From Gemmatimonadota bacterium (GTDB taxonomy: Bacteria; Gemmatimonadota; Gemmatimonadetes; Gemmatimonadales; GWC2-71-9): a stretch of 40,612 bases of DNA. Shown here piece after piece: positions 7,742-17,042 of the stretch. The stretch spans positions 1 to 40,612 of the forward strand of contig JBDHAB010000026.1 in assembly GCA_039588295.1 (NCBI GenBank). The letters run 5' to 3'. The position numbers and the translations under genes are program-made. The notes under the pieces were generated by a model. It saw nothing but the letters and a program-made list of their open reading frames with translations. It ran no database searches and was not told where the DNA came from. Numbering within the stretch: the first letter of the stretch is position 1; every line of letters starts with the position of its first letter.

Positions 7742-8388
7742 CCGACAACGAGACCTTCAGTCGAGACGCACAGCAGTCCATGGACGGCGAGCCCCATGGG
7801 TCTATGAGCGATGCCGAACGGATGCAGGTGGATCGTCTGCTCCGCGCCATCGACAGCTATCGGGCCGCTATCATGCCGCCCGATGCCGCGCTCCACGACG
7901 CGGTGCTCGCTGGGATTCGCGGGCGGACGCCGGCTCGCAAACGCCCCGCATGGCACTGGCTGTTCGAGCCACGGCCGATCCGTCTCCGACCGGTCTGGGT
8001 CCCGGTTATCGCTGCCGCCGCCGCGCTCCTGTGGCTTGGCGTGCGCCCCGGCGCCGACATCGAGAGCCCACTGCCGAGCGAAGCTACCGCATCGGTCACG
8101 AGTAGCACGATGTTCGTGCACTTCCAGCTCACGGCACCCGACGCCAACTTGGTCTCGATCGCCGGAAGCTTCACCGACTGGCGGGCGGACACGTACCGCT
8201 TGGACCGAGAAGACGGCGGGATATGGTCCATCACCCTGGCGCTCCCGTTGGGGGAGCATCAGTACCAGTTCGTGATCGACGGTGACCGCTGGATCCCCGA
8301 CCCCAGAGCGCATGCGCAGATTGACGACGGGTTCGGCGGGACGAACAGCCTCGTGATCGTGGGCCCGAGAGGAGTCGTACAAACATGA
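7738..8388 (+). CDS. Putative anti-sigma factor: cytoplasmic N-terminus, one TM helix, C-terminal CBM48/AMPK-beta-like glycogen-binding domain
   Basis: GTGA overlap with the sigma stop; TM WVPVIAAAAALLWLGV; domain VHFQLTAPDANLVSIAGSFTDW...GIWSITLALPLGEHQYQFVIDGDRWIPDP...DDGFGGTNS. Confidence 0.85.
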   Translation: MTDNETFSRDAQQSMDGEPHGSMSDAERMQVDRLLRAIDSYRAAIMPPDAALHDAVLAGIRGRTPARKRPAWHWLFEPRPIRLRPVWVPVIAAAAALLWLGVRPGADIESPLPSEATASVTSSTMFVHFQLTAPDANLVSIAGSFTDWRADTYRLDREDGGIWSITLALPLGEHQYQFVIDGDRWIPDPRAHAQIDDGFGGTNSLVIVGPRGVVQT

Positions 8389-9107
8389 CGTGGATCAACC
8401 GTTGCCTGCCGCTCACGGCGCTCCTGCTCGCCGCTGCGCCGTTGTCGAGCCAGGAAGTGGCCGTGAGGGCCCAGCTCGAGGCGCGTGGCCTGGCTCCGAC
8501 GCTGATCGCCGAGGTGGCAGCGATCGCCGCCGACGCCACGGCGCAGGGGATCCCAACCGGTCCGTTGGCGAACAAGGCGATCGAGGGGTGGGCCAAGCGC
8601 GTCCCAGAGGCCCGCATCATGATGGCCGTGCGGCAGATGTCAGCCCAGATGATCCAGGCGCAAACCGCGTTACGCGCGGCGGGGCTCGATGGCCCGCCCG
8701 GAATGCTCATCGCGGCAGCGGCAGAAGCGCTGGGGCGCGGGATGCGTCCCGAGGACGTCCGCACGCTGCTCGACGCCGTGCCGGCTCCCGACCAGGCGGG
8801 TGACGGGCTTCGGGTTGCGGCCGCCCTCGCCGCACAGGGGCTAGGGCGCGAGCAGGCCGTTGCCGTCGTGGTACGGGCGCTTCGGCGCGGCGAACCCGCC
8901 GCACGCCTGCTCGACCTTCCGTCCATCGCTCAGGCGCTCAAGGCCCAAGGGCTCGGACCCGCTCAGATTGGAAAGCAGATGATGGAAGGCGGCGGCATGA
9001 TGGGGAGCAGAGGCCAGGGTCAGGGCGCCGGCGGCCGTCCGCCGGGCGTCCCGCCAGGACGCCCCGACAACCCACCAGGACAGAGCAAGCGACCCAGCGG
9101 TACGTGA
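8385..9107 (+). CDS. Hypothetical exported alpha-helical protein with Gly/Pro-rich tail
   Basis: ATGA overlap; signal peptide MTWINRCLPLTALLLAAAPLSSQ; Ala-rich helical body (LANKAIEGWAKRVPEARI); tail GRPPGVPPGRPDNPPGQSK. Confidence 0.8.
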   Translation: MTWINRCLPLTALLLAAAPLSSQEVAVRAQLEARGLAPTLIAEVAAIAADATAQGIPTGPLANKAIEGWAKRVPEARIMMAVRQMSAQMIQAQTALRAAGLDGPPGMLIAAAAEALGRGMRPEDVRTLLDAVPAPDQAGDGLRVAAALAAQGLGREQAVAVVVRALRRGEPAARLLDLPSIAQALKAQGLGPAQIGKQMMEGGGMMGSRGQGQGAGGRPPGVPPGRPDNPPGQSKRPSGT

Positions 9108-10180
9108 GGCTCCCCCGGCCTCGGTGTGTCGCGACCGCACTGCTCGTAGCCGCACCGCCGCTTTCTGCCCAACAACCTTCCGTATTCGTCGGTGGAGTGC
9201 ACGCCGAATACGCCGACACCGTCTCCGGGACTGCGGGAACCGTGGGCCTCCGGCTTCACATGCAGTCGCGTCGGCTCTGGTTCACGGCCGACGGTTACTA
9301 CACCCGGTTCACCTCGGGAACATGGACCACCCAGATTGGCAGCCGCTTCGCGACGGTCTTTCCGTTCGGGTCGCGCGCCGCTGTCGGGCTGCAAGGCGAG
9401 GGACAACTCAGCTATCTCGAGGGTGACGTGTGGAGCGGAGCGGTGGCCTTGGGACCGATCGGTGCGATCAGTGCGAGCGGCTGGCTGGCAACCGCCGGGG
9501 CGACCGCTGGGGGCGTCCGACGAGTGGACGAAACCTCTGATCCGGTCTTCGCCGGGGCACTCGGGCTGAGTCGACTCGCCGGACCCTGGAACATCGACGC
9601 CCGCCTCCACGGTACGGCGGCCGGAGACATCGTGTTCCTCGACGTGGGCTTGTCCGCCGCGTACCGCACCGCCATCGTCGAGCTCGGGGTGTCCGCGGGC
9701 CACCGAGTCGGGGATCTGGCAGACGACCCGTGGGCGCAGGGGAGCGCGGCGTGGCACGTTCTGCCGCTCGCCACCCTCGAACTCAGCCTGGGCTTCTATC
9801 CCAAGGATATCACCGGGTTCACGAGCGGGTTCTTCGTGAGCGGTGGCATTCGCATCGGCAGACCAGCGCCACCGACCGTTCGAGCACTGAGAGAGTCTGC
9901 GGTCGTGGTGGAATCCCTGGGTCCAGACCGAACGCGCATCACGTTTACGGTCGGTGCAGCCGCTCAGGTTGCGATTGCCGGCGAATGGAATGACTGGACA
10001 CCCATTCCCCTTTCGCAGATCGACGGGCGACAGTGGCGTATCGAGCTGCCGCTGGGCCCGGGGCTCTATCGGTTCTCACTCGTGATCGACGGCGAGCGCT
10101 GGATGGTGCCGCACGGAGTCGCCACGCTGCCGGACGATTTTGGAGGAGAAGTGGGCCTGCTGGTGATCGGCGCACGATGA
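9104..10180 (+). CDS. Exported protein: predicted beta-barrel-like region plus C-terminal CBM48/AMPK-beta-like domain
   Basis: GTGA overlap; signal peptide; alternating amphipathic beta-strand pattern ending FFVSGGIRIG; then TFTVGAAAQVAIAGEWNDWTPIPL...WRIELPLGPGLYRFSLVIDGERW...DDFGG. Confidence 0.82.
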   Translation: MRLPRPRCVATALLVAAPPLSAQQPSVFVGGVHAEYADTVSGTAGTVGLRLHMQSRRLWFTADGYYTRFTSGTWTTQIGSRFATVFPFGSRAAVGLQGEGQLSYLEGDVWSGAVALGPIGAISASGWLATAGATAGGVRRVDETSDPVFAGALGLSRLAGPWNIDARLHGTAAGDIVFLDVGLSAAYRTAIVELGVSAGHRVGDLADDPWAQGSAAWHVLPLATLELSLGFYPKDITGFTSGFFVSGGIRIGRPAPPTVRALRESAVVVESLGPDRTRITFTVGAAAQVAIAGEWNDWTPIPLSQIDGRQWRIELPLGPGLYRFSLVIDGERWMVPHGVATLPDDFGGEVGLLVIGAR

Positions 10181-10197
10181 GCGGAATGTGACCGGGT

Positions 10198-10788
10198 CTA
10201 CGTCTCGATCTCTCCCATCCCACGGACTTCTTCGTAGCGGTAACAACTCACCAGATGGTCGTTGACCATCCCCGCCGCCTGCATGAACGCATAACAGATT
10301 GTCGACCCGACGAATTTGAACCCGGCCGACGCCAGGGCTCGGCTCATGCGATCGGACGCCCTGGTCCGTGCTGGGAGCTGCCTCATGCTCCGTCGCCGGT
10401 ACTGCTTGGGCACGCCACCCACGAACTGCCAGATGTAGCCCGCAAACGAGCCGTGTTGCTCCTGGAGGCGGAGAAACGCGCCCGCGTTTCCCACGGTGGC
10501 CACAATCTTCTGCCGGTTGCGAATGATCGCGGGATTGGCCACCAGTCGCTCGATCTTCCGAGCGGTAAAGCGAGCAATCCGGTCAGCCTGGAAGTCGGCA
10601 AATGCCTTGCGGAACCCATCCCGCTTGTTGAGGACAACGGCCCAACTCAGCCCCGCTTGAAACGCATCGAGCACCATGTACTCGAACAGCTTGCGGTCGT
10701 CATGCATCGGTACGCCCCACTCTTCGTCGTGGTAGGCGATCATCCGGTCGCTCCCGAGACACCACGGGCAGCGGATCGGGGTCGTCAT
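10198..10788 (-). CDS. tag: DNA-3-methyladenine glycosylase I
   Basis: RCPWC..YHDEEWG, FQAGLSW, IIRNRQKI, GFKFVGSTICYAFMQAAGMVNDH..C; start re-called to ATG 10788. Confidence 0.96.
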   Translation of the reverse strand: MTTPIRCPWCLGSDRMIAYHDEEWGVPMHDDRKLFEYMVLDAFQAGLSWAVVLNKRDGFRKAFADFQADRIARFTARKIERLVANPAIIRNRQKIVATVGNAGAFLRLQEQHGSFAGYIWQFVGGVPKQYRRRSMRQLPARTRASDRMSRALASAGFKFVGSTICYAFMQAAGMVNDHLVSCYRYEEVRGMGEIET

Positions 10789-10802
10789 CACATCAGGTCG
10801 GG

Positions 10803-11483
10803 TCACTGCATCGAGAGCGGCGCTGCGAGCCAGTCGACCAGCTGCGTCAGGTCGGTGACTTCCGCCGTCGGTCGCGCCGATCCCATCGGCGATTCGCGCT
10901 TGCGGTTCACCCACACGACGGGAATGCCCAGCGCACAGGCCGGCTCGATATCGTGGAAATAGCTCTGCGCCACGTGGAGCCACCGACGCGATCCGATTGC
11001 CGCTTGGGCGCGCTCGAAGTGGGCGTGGTCGGGTTTGTACGACCGGAGCTGCTGCGCCGTCACGAGAAGCTCGAAGGCCACACCGAAGTGTCGCCGCGTG
11101 CCCTCGAGCAGGTCGTCGTCGATGTTCGAGAGGATTCCCAGCATGTGTCCCTGCGCACGCAGGATCTCCAACGCAGGGTTCGTGTCGGGAAACGGTGGCC
11201 AGTTTGGGAGGCTCTCGGCGAGGAACCCGGCCCGATCGCGGGACACCGGCCACCCCAGGCGCCGCCCGCACTCCAGGGCGGATTCCGTCAGCACCTCTCG
11301 ATAAGACCGGTACGTGGCGCGCTGGAGCGTCGGCTCCACATCGGCATACGTGGTCAGCACCGTATCGCGGTGGAGCGCTACGCCGTCTTCACGCGAAGCG
11401 GCGAGGAACGCGTCAGAGATCCCGCGTTCCCAGTCTATCAATGTTCCGTAGCAGTCGAAGGTCAGAACCTCCGCAGCGGACAT
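10803..11483 (-). CDS. HAD-superfamily hydrolase (haloacid dehalogenase type II-like)
   Basis: Motif I TFDCYGTLIDWE, LSNID, SYKP, HVAQSYFHDIEPA; ATG 11483 overlaps the upstream stop (TGATG). Confidence 0.93.
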   Translation of the reverse strand: MSAAEVLTFDCYGTLIDWERGISDAFLAASREDGVALHRDTVLTTYADVEPTLQRATYRSYREVLTESALECGRRLGWPVSRDRAGFLAESLPNWPPFPDTNPALEILRAQGHMLGILSNIDDDLLEGTRRHFGVAFELLVTAQQLRSYKPDHAHFERAQAAIGSRRWLHVAQSYFHDIEPACALGIPVVWVNRKRESPMGSARPTAEVTDLTQLVDWLAAPLSMQ

Positions 11484-14200
11484 CAGCCCACCTGGGCCAT
11501 GAGCAGCCGTGCTGCCGACTCTCCATCGACAGGCTTCGAGAAGAGGTAGCCCTGACCATGCTCGCACTCGAGGGAGCGGAGTTTCGTCAGCTGTTCATCC
11601 GTCTCGACCCCCTCCGCGATGACGTCGATGCCGAGGTCGCGAGCGAGGCGAATGATCGCCTGAACCACCACCGACCGCTCGCCGGACTCCCCCAGACTCT
11701 CGATGAACGAGCGATCGATCTTCAGGGTGTCGATGTGGAGGCGATTGAGATAGGACAACGACGAGTATCCGGTGCCGAAATCGTCGATCTGCACTTGAAT
11801 ACCGAGCTCGTTCAGCTTCTGCACCACCGCTGTACTGAAATCCGGATCGTCCATCAGCACCGTCTCGGTGACATCCATCTTGAGCCGGTCGGGATCGATA
11901 CCCGTGTCGTGGAGGATCTCGGCGACCTGGTTGACCAGATCGGCTTGCTGGAGCTGCTTGGCCGACACATTGACGCTCATCGTGAGATCGGGGTGGTCCG
12001 GGAACTGCACTTTCCAAATGGACATCTGGACGCATGCTGTGCGGAGCACCCACTGCCCCAAAGGAATGATGACGCCGGTCTCCTCGGCGACGGGCACGAA
12101 CTCCAACGGCGGCACCAGCCCGCGCTCCGGATGTTCCCAGCGCACCAGTGCTTCGAATCCGGTGATCTGGCGGGTCGCGAGGTCGACCACGGGCAGGTAG
12201 TCGAGCCGGAACTGCTCCTGCTCGAGTGCCATGCGGAGGTCGCTATCCATTTCCAGAATGCGCATGGCCCGCGCGTGCATTTCCTTGTCGAAGACTTCGA
12301 AGCGCGCCCGGCCCCGAGCCTTGGCCCGGTACATGGCCGTGTCCGCATCCCGCAGCAAGTGTTCCGGCATCTCCTCCGTCGCGCGGTCGCTCGTGGCGAT
12401 GCCAATGCTGGCCGAAGCGAACACGCGATGGCCATTTAGGACGAACGGCGCTTTGAGCTCTTCCTGCACACGCTCGGCCACACGAATCACGTCGTCGTTA
12501 TCCTTGATCCCGTCGACGAGTAGGCAGAACTCGTCTCCCGCGAGACGTGCGACCACGTCGCCCGGGCGGAGGCAGCGTTCCAGCCGTTCCGACACCCCCA
12601 CGAGCAGCCGGTCGCCGGTCTCGTGCCCCAGACTGTCGTTGACCAGCTTGAATCGGTCGAGGTCGAGGAACAATATGGCGAACTTGTACCCCTGCCGGCG
12701 GCGTACCCGACGCACCGAGCGCTCGAGCAGCGTCGTGAAGAACGTGCGGTTCGGGAGCCCGGTCAGCGAGTCGTAGAGGGCGTCCCGCGCCAGTTGCTGC
12801 TCGACGCGCTTGCGAGCCGAGATGTCCGTCAGCGAACCCGCCATGCGCAGCGCCTCCCCGTCGGCATCGCGGATGGCAAGACCGCGCATCAGGACCCACC
12901 GGTATGTGCCGTCCTTATGGCGAACCCGATGCTCATTCTCGAACTGTTCGGACTGTCCCTTCAGGTGCCCATCGAGCTCGGCACGCACCCGCTCAATGTC
13001 CTCGGGATGCACTCGACCGAGCCATGCCTCGATCATGCCCTCGATTTCACCGGGATCATACCCCAGAACCGATTTCCAGCGGTCTGAATAGTACGCCTCT
13101 CCTGACTGAATCTCCCAATCCCACAACCCATCGTTGGCACCCCGGGCAGCGAGCGCATACCGCTCTTCGCTCTCACGGAGCGCTTGCTCCGCTTCTTTGC
13201 GGCGAGTGATGTCCTCACACGTCGTCACAATCCCGAGCACCTCGCCATCGGGAGCGCGGACCACGTCGGACATGAGGTGCACGGGGAGCACCGTGCCATC
13301 CTTCCGCCGATTGACCGTTTCGCGGCGCCAACTCGTCACGGCTTTGAGCTGGTCGACGTTCATCGGCATGGCGAGGCTCTCAGCGGCGAAGACGCGGACA
13401 TCCTGTCCAATCAGCTCCTCGACCGTCCACCCGTGCATGGCCGCCTCCGCCGGATTGGTGTACACGATGTGCCCGTCCATACTCGTCACCGTGACACCCA
13501 GCTGCGTGGTCTCAACGGCCTTCTGCAGCCGCCGCAGCTCGCGCTCGACCTGATTGCGCCCCGTAACGTCCCGATAGATGCCGAACACGACCACCTGGCC
13601 GTTTCCGAGGTTGACGGGCGCGCCGATGATCGCGACCTCGACCATGGTCCCATCCTTCCGGCGGCGGATGGTCTCGAGACTGACCTTTTCCCCTCCTGCC
13701 ACCCGTCTGGTGATACCATGAGCCTCGTCGCGATATTCGGGCGACGTCAGCAACTCGTCGATGTGCTTTCCTATGACTTCCTCAGAGGTGAAACCGAAGA
13801 GCGCGGTGAAGGGACCGTTTACCTGGACACCGAGGCCCTCGCCGTCCAGCAGGACGATCGCCTCGGGGGAATTCGCGAAGAGCTCCTTCAGATAGGCCCG
13901 TTCGACTCCGTGCTCGACCTCGGCCTCATGCTGCCGCCATGCGATGCGCTGGAACAGCGCGACGGCAAACAGCGTGGCAACAGCCGCACTCAGGTCGGGA
14001 AGGTCGTCGATCCGAAACTCCAGGACCACCCCGAACGGCTCGATGCCGGTCACCACTGAGGCAAAGAGCCCGAACGCCACCACCAGGAGAAGCCCTGCCA
14101 ACGCCAGCACGGACTGGTTCCGCGCCCGGAAGGCCAAGACGAGCGCCCAGGCCGTGGCGGCAATCAGCGCACTCAGGGTGACGACGACAATCGGGGTCAT
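11483..14200 (-). CDS. Membrane-anchored PAS-PAS-PAS-GGDEF-EAL diguanylate cyclase/phosphodiesterase
   Basis: Three N-terminal hydrophobic segments; three PAS/PAC units (RRKDG, RRKDG, RHKDG); DLDRFKLVNDSLGH, RPGD I-site, AGDEF; FEALVRW and IDDFGTGYSSLSYL. Confidence 0.95.
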   Translation of the reverse strand: MTPIVVVTLSALIAATAWALVLAFRARNQSVLALAGLLLVVAFGLFASVVTGIEPFGVVLEFRIDDLPDLSAAVATLFAVALFQRIAWRQHEAEVEHGVERAYLKELFANSPEAIVLLDGEGLGVQVNGPFTALFGFTSEEVIGKHIDELLTSPEYRDEAHGITRRVAGGEKVSLETIRRRKDGTMVEVAIIGAPVNLGNGQVVVFGIYRDVTGRNQVERELRRLQKAVETTQLGVTVTSMDGHIVYTNPAEAAMHGWTVEELIGQDVRVFAAESLAMPMNVDQLKAVTSWRRETVNRRKDGTVLPVHLMSDVVRAPDGEVLGIVTTCEDITRRKEAEQALRESEERYALAARGANDGLWDWEIQSGEAYYSDRWKSVLGYDPGEIEGMIEAWLGRVHPEDIERVRAELDGHLKGQSEQFENEHRVRHKDGTYRWVLMRGLAIRDADGEALRMAGSLTDISARKRVEQQLARDALYDSLTGLPNRTFFTTLLERSVRRVRRRQGYKFAILFLDLDRFKLVNDSLGHETGDRLLVGVSERLERCLRPGDVVARLAGDEFCLLVDGIKDNDDVIRVAERVQEELKAPFVLNGHRVFASASIGIATSDRATEEMPEHLLRDADTAMYRAKARGRARFEVFDKEMHARAMRILEMDSDLRMALEQEQFRLDYLPVVDLATRQITGFEALVRWEHPERGLVPPLEFVPVAEETGVIIPLGQWVLRTACVQMSIWKVQFPDHPDLTMSVNVSAKQLQQADLVNQVAEILHDTGIDPDRLKMDVTETVLMDDPDFSTAVVQKLNELGIQVQIDDFGTGYSSLSYLNRLHIDTLKIDRSFIESLGESGERSVVVQAIIRLARDLGIDVIAEGVETDEQLTKLRSLECEHGQGYLFSKPVDGESAARLLMAQVG

Positions 14201-14485
14201 GGCGTCTGTGGCAACTAGGAATTCCGTTCGTGGGGCCCACGATCCGGGCCAAAGCCCGCCGCAGGGCTGCGATAAGTTGGCTAATCACCCCGATTTGCGC
14301 AAAGCCCCACGTCACACGGCCAGACGCAGCCCCCACGGGCACCCCAGGCACACCCGAATCTCGACGCCGTCCGTCATGAATCGGCGATATGGACGCCGCT
14401 CAGCCCACAGTTATGATCTATCGAGGTCAGGCAAGCCAAATCCAAGGTGAAGCACATCAATCAGCATGGGGAAAGGAGTGGGCTC

Positions 14486-15154
14486 ATGGCCATCAGCCTC
14501 ACGTTTCTCGGCCACGCCGGTTTCCTGCTCGACGACGGAGCACACGCGGTGGCAATCGATCCGTTCCTGACCGGCAATCCCGTGGCCATCGCGAAGCCGG
14601 AAGACATACACTGCCAGACGATCGTGCTCACGCACGGTCACGCCGACCACTTTGGCGACACCGTCACCATCGCCAAGGCGAACAATGCGACGGTGTACGC
14701 TGCATTCGAGATCGCGGAGTTCCTCGGGGAACAGGGCATCACGACGGAGCCGGGAAACCCGGGCGGCCGGATCACCGCCCCGTTCGGGTGGGTGGCGTTC
14801 ACCCAGGCGTTCCATTCGTCGTCATACGAGGGTCGTTACATGGGTCTGCCCTGCGGAGCGATCGTGCACCTGGGTGGTGTCACGGTTTACCATCTCGGTG
14901 ACACCGCACTGTTCGGAGACATGCAGCTCCTCGGGGAGATCTACAAGCCGGACATCGCACTCATCCCGATCGGAGACCGCTTCACCATGGGACCCGAGTT
15001 GGCGACCCGGGCGGCCGAGATGATCAACCCCAAGGTCGCGGTACCCATGCACTACGGGACGTGGCCGCTCCTGGCAGCCGACGCAACCGGGTTCCAACCG
15101 AGATTCGTCGACGTGAAACAGCTGAAACCCGGCGAGACCTGGCGGTTCGACTAG
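14486..15154 (+). CDS. Metallo-beta-lactamase-fold metal-dependent hydrolase (UPF0173-like)
   Basis: FLGHAGF, IDPFLTGNP, THGHADHFGD, YHLGDT, PIGDRFTMG, PMHYGTW; AGGAG SD before ATG 14486. Confidence 0.93.
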   Translation: MAISLTFLGHAGFLLDDGAHAVAIDPFLTGNPVAIAKPEDIHCQTIVLTHGHADHFGDTVTIAKANNATVYAAFEIAEFLGEQGITTEPGNPGGRITAPFGWVAFTQAFHSSSYEGRYMGLPCGAIVHLGGVTVYHLGDTALFGDMQLLGEIYKPDIALIPIGDRFTMGPELATRAAEMINPKVAVPMHYGTWPLLAADATGFQPRFVDVKQLKPGETWRFD

Positions 15155-15179
15155 CACCACGCGCCGCGAAGGAGGACGC

Positions 15180-16976
15180 ATGATGAAGACACGGATCGGA
15201 TGGGGTTTGCTGATCGGCCTCGGCGCGGCCGCGATGAGCTGCGTCGACACGGCGCTGCGGAACGAGGTCGACGGCTTCCTCAGCCAATACGAAGATCACT
15301 ATCAGGAACTCTACTACGAGTGGAGCCAGGCGGACTGGGAGTCCAACACGCGAATCATCGAGGGAGACACCACCAACGCCGCCCGCACCCGCCGTGCGCG
15401 TGAGGCATTCGTGGAGTTTGCGGGCAGTACCGCAAACATCGACACGATTCGCATGTACCTGGATCTACGCGAGCGGCTCACAGCGTCGCAGGTACGGCAA
15501 CTCGAGAAGATGCTCTATGCCGCCGCCGACGGCCCACAAACGATCCCTGAGGTCGTCGCGGCGCGGATCGCCGCCGAGACCGAGCAGGTCGAGCGACTTT
15601 ACGGCTATGAATTCCGACTCCGCGGGCAACCGCTGACGCCGAATGACATCGACCAGATCCTGCGGACAGCAACGGATCTGGCGCAGCGGCGCGACGTGTG
15701 GGAGGCGTCGAAGGCGGTGGGACCCACACTCAAACCGGGCATTCTCGCATTGCGAGACCTCCGCAACCAAACCGTGCAAGCGCTCGGCTACTCTGATTTC
15801 TTCAGCTATCAGGTTTCCGACTATGGTATGACCACGTCGGAAATGCTGCGCCTCACCGACCAGCTGGTCGAGCAGCTTCGGCCGCTCTACCGGGAACTCC
15901 ACACGTGGGCACGCTATGAGCTCGCCGATCGCTACGGAGCACCGGTCCCGACCTTCCTGCCGGCCCATTGGCTGCCGAACCGGTGGGCGCAGGACTGGAG
16001 CGCGCTGGTCGAAGTCGAAGGCCTGAACGTGGACTCCGCGCTGCGTGCCGAAACCGCCGAGTGGGTGATGCAGCAAGGTGAAGGGTTCTACATGAGTCTG
16101 GGATTCGATCAGCTTCCCGCCACGTTTTGGGAACGCTCGTCGCTCTATCCCGCCCCGCCGGACGCCGAGTACAAGAAGAACACGCACGCGTCGGCTTGGC
16201 ACCTGGATCTCGATACGGATGTCCGGTCACTGATGAGCGTCGTGCCGGACGCCTCCTGGTACGAGACGGTGCATCACGAGTTGGGGCACGTCTACTACTT
16301 CATGAGTTACAGCGGGCCCGAGGTTCCGTTGGTGCTCCGTGAGGGCGCCAATCGCGCATACCACGAAGCGATCGGCACGCTCATCGGGCTGGCAGCCTCG
16401 CAGCGCCGGTTCCTGGTCAACCGCGGTGTCGCTCCGGCCAACGCGCAGGTCGATCGCATCAGCCAACTCCTCAAAGAGGCACTCAATCACGTGGTGTTCA
16501 TCCCCTGGAGTGCCGGAGTGATGACTCGCTTCGAGCGGGTGCTCTACGAGGACTCGCTTCCCGCATCCGCCTTGAACGCCACATGGTGGGATCTCGTCCG
16601 TCGGTATCAAGGAGTCGTGCCTCCGTCATCGCGCGGTGAGGAGTACGCCGACGCCCTGTCCAAGACGCACATCAGCGACGACGCCGCGCAATACTACGAT
16701 TATGCGATCGCGGAGGCGCTGCTGTTCCAGCTCCACGATCACATCGCAGGGGAGATCCTCCAGCAGGATCCGTATGACTCCGATTACTACGGCAACGAGG
16801 AGGTTGGGCAGTTCCTACGGGCGCTGATGGCACCCGGTGCGAGCATACCGTGGCAAGAAGTGCTGCAGGAGACGACGGGACGGGAGCTCGATGCCCAGGC
16901 CATGGTCGACTACTTCCAGCCGCTATACGACTGGCTGGTGGAGCAGAACCAGGGGCGGCGGCACACGCTGCCGTGA
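15180..16976 (+). CDS. M2 family metallopeptidase (peptidyl-dipeptidase A / ACE-like), probable lipoprotein
   Basis: HHELGHVYY zinc motif, LREGANRAYHEAIG, PAHWL.NRWAQDW, HASAW, YFQPLYDWL; lipobox AAMS-C; AGGAGG SD. Confidence 0.93.
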   Translation: MMKTRIGWGLLIGLGAAAMSCVDTALRNEVDGFLSQYEDHYQELYYEWSQADWESNTRIIEGDTTNAARTRRAREAFVEFAGSTANIDTIRMYLDLRERLTASQVRQLEKMLYAAADGPQTIPEVVAARIAAETEQVERLYGYEFRLRGQPLTPNDIDQILRTATDLAQRRDVWEASKAVGPTLKPGILALRDLRNQTVQALGYSDFFSYQVSDYGMTTSEMLRLTDQLVEQLRPLYRELHTWARYELADRYGAPVPTFLPAHWLPNRWAQDWSALVEVEGLNVDSALRAETAEWVMQQGEGFYMSLGFDQLPATFWERSSLYPAPPDAEYKKNTHASAWHLDLDTDVRSLMSVVPDASWYETVHHELGHVYYFMSYSGPEVPLVLREGANRAYHEAIGTLIGLAASQRRFLVNRGVAPANAQVDRISQLLKEALNHVVFIPWSAGVMTRFERVLYEDSLPASALNATWWDLVRRYQGVVPPSSRGEEYADALSKTHISDDAAQYYDYAIAEALLFQLHDHIAGEILQQDPYDSDYYGNEEVGQFLRALMAPGASIPWQEVLQETTGRELDAQAMVDYFQPLYDWLVEQNQGRRHTLP

Positions 16977-17042
16977 CGGATCGCTCGAGGACCGGGGCCT
17001 CACCATCGTGAGACCCCGGTCCCCAGCCTACCGAACCGTTCC

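Noticed and set aside
10789..11271. Apparent long N-terminal fusion on Tag
   Set aside because: Out-of-frame overlap with the HAD gene; Tag homology starts at MTTPIRCPWC.
14240..14320. c-di-GMP-I riboswitch (GCAAAGCC word) near the GGDEF-EAL gene
   Set aside because: No GGCAAAC-GAAA P2 stem on either strand, and the word is on the strand opposite the GGDEF-EAL gene.
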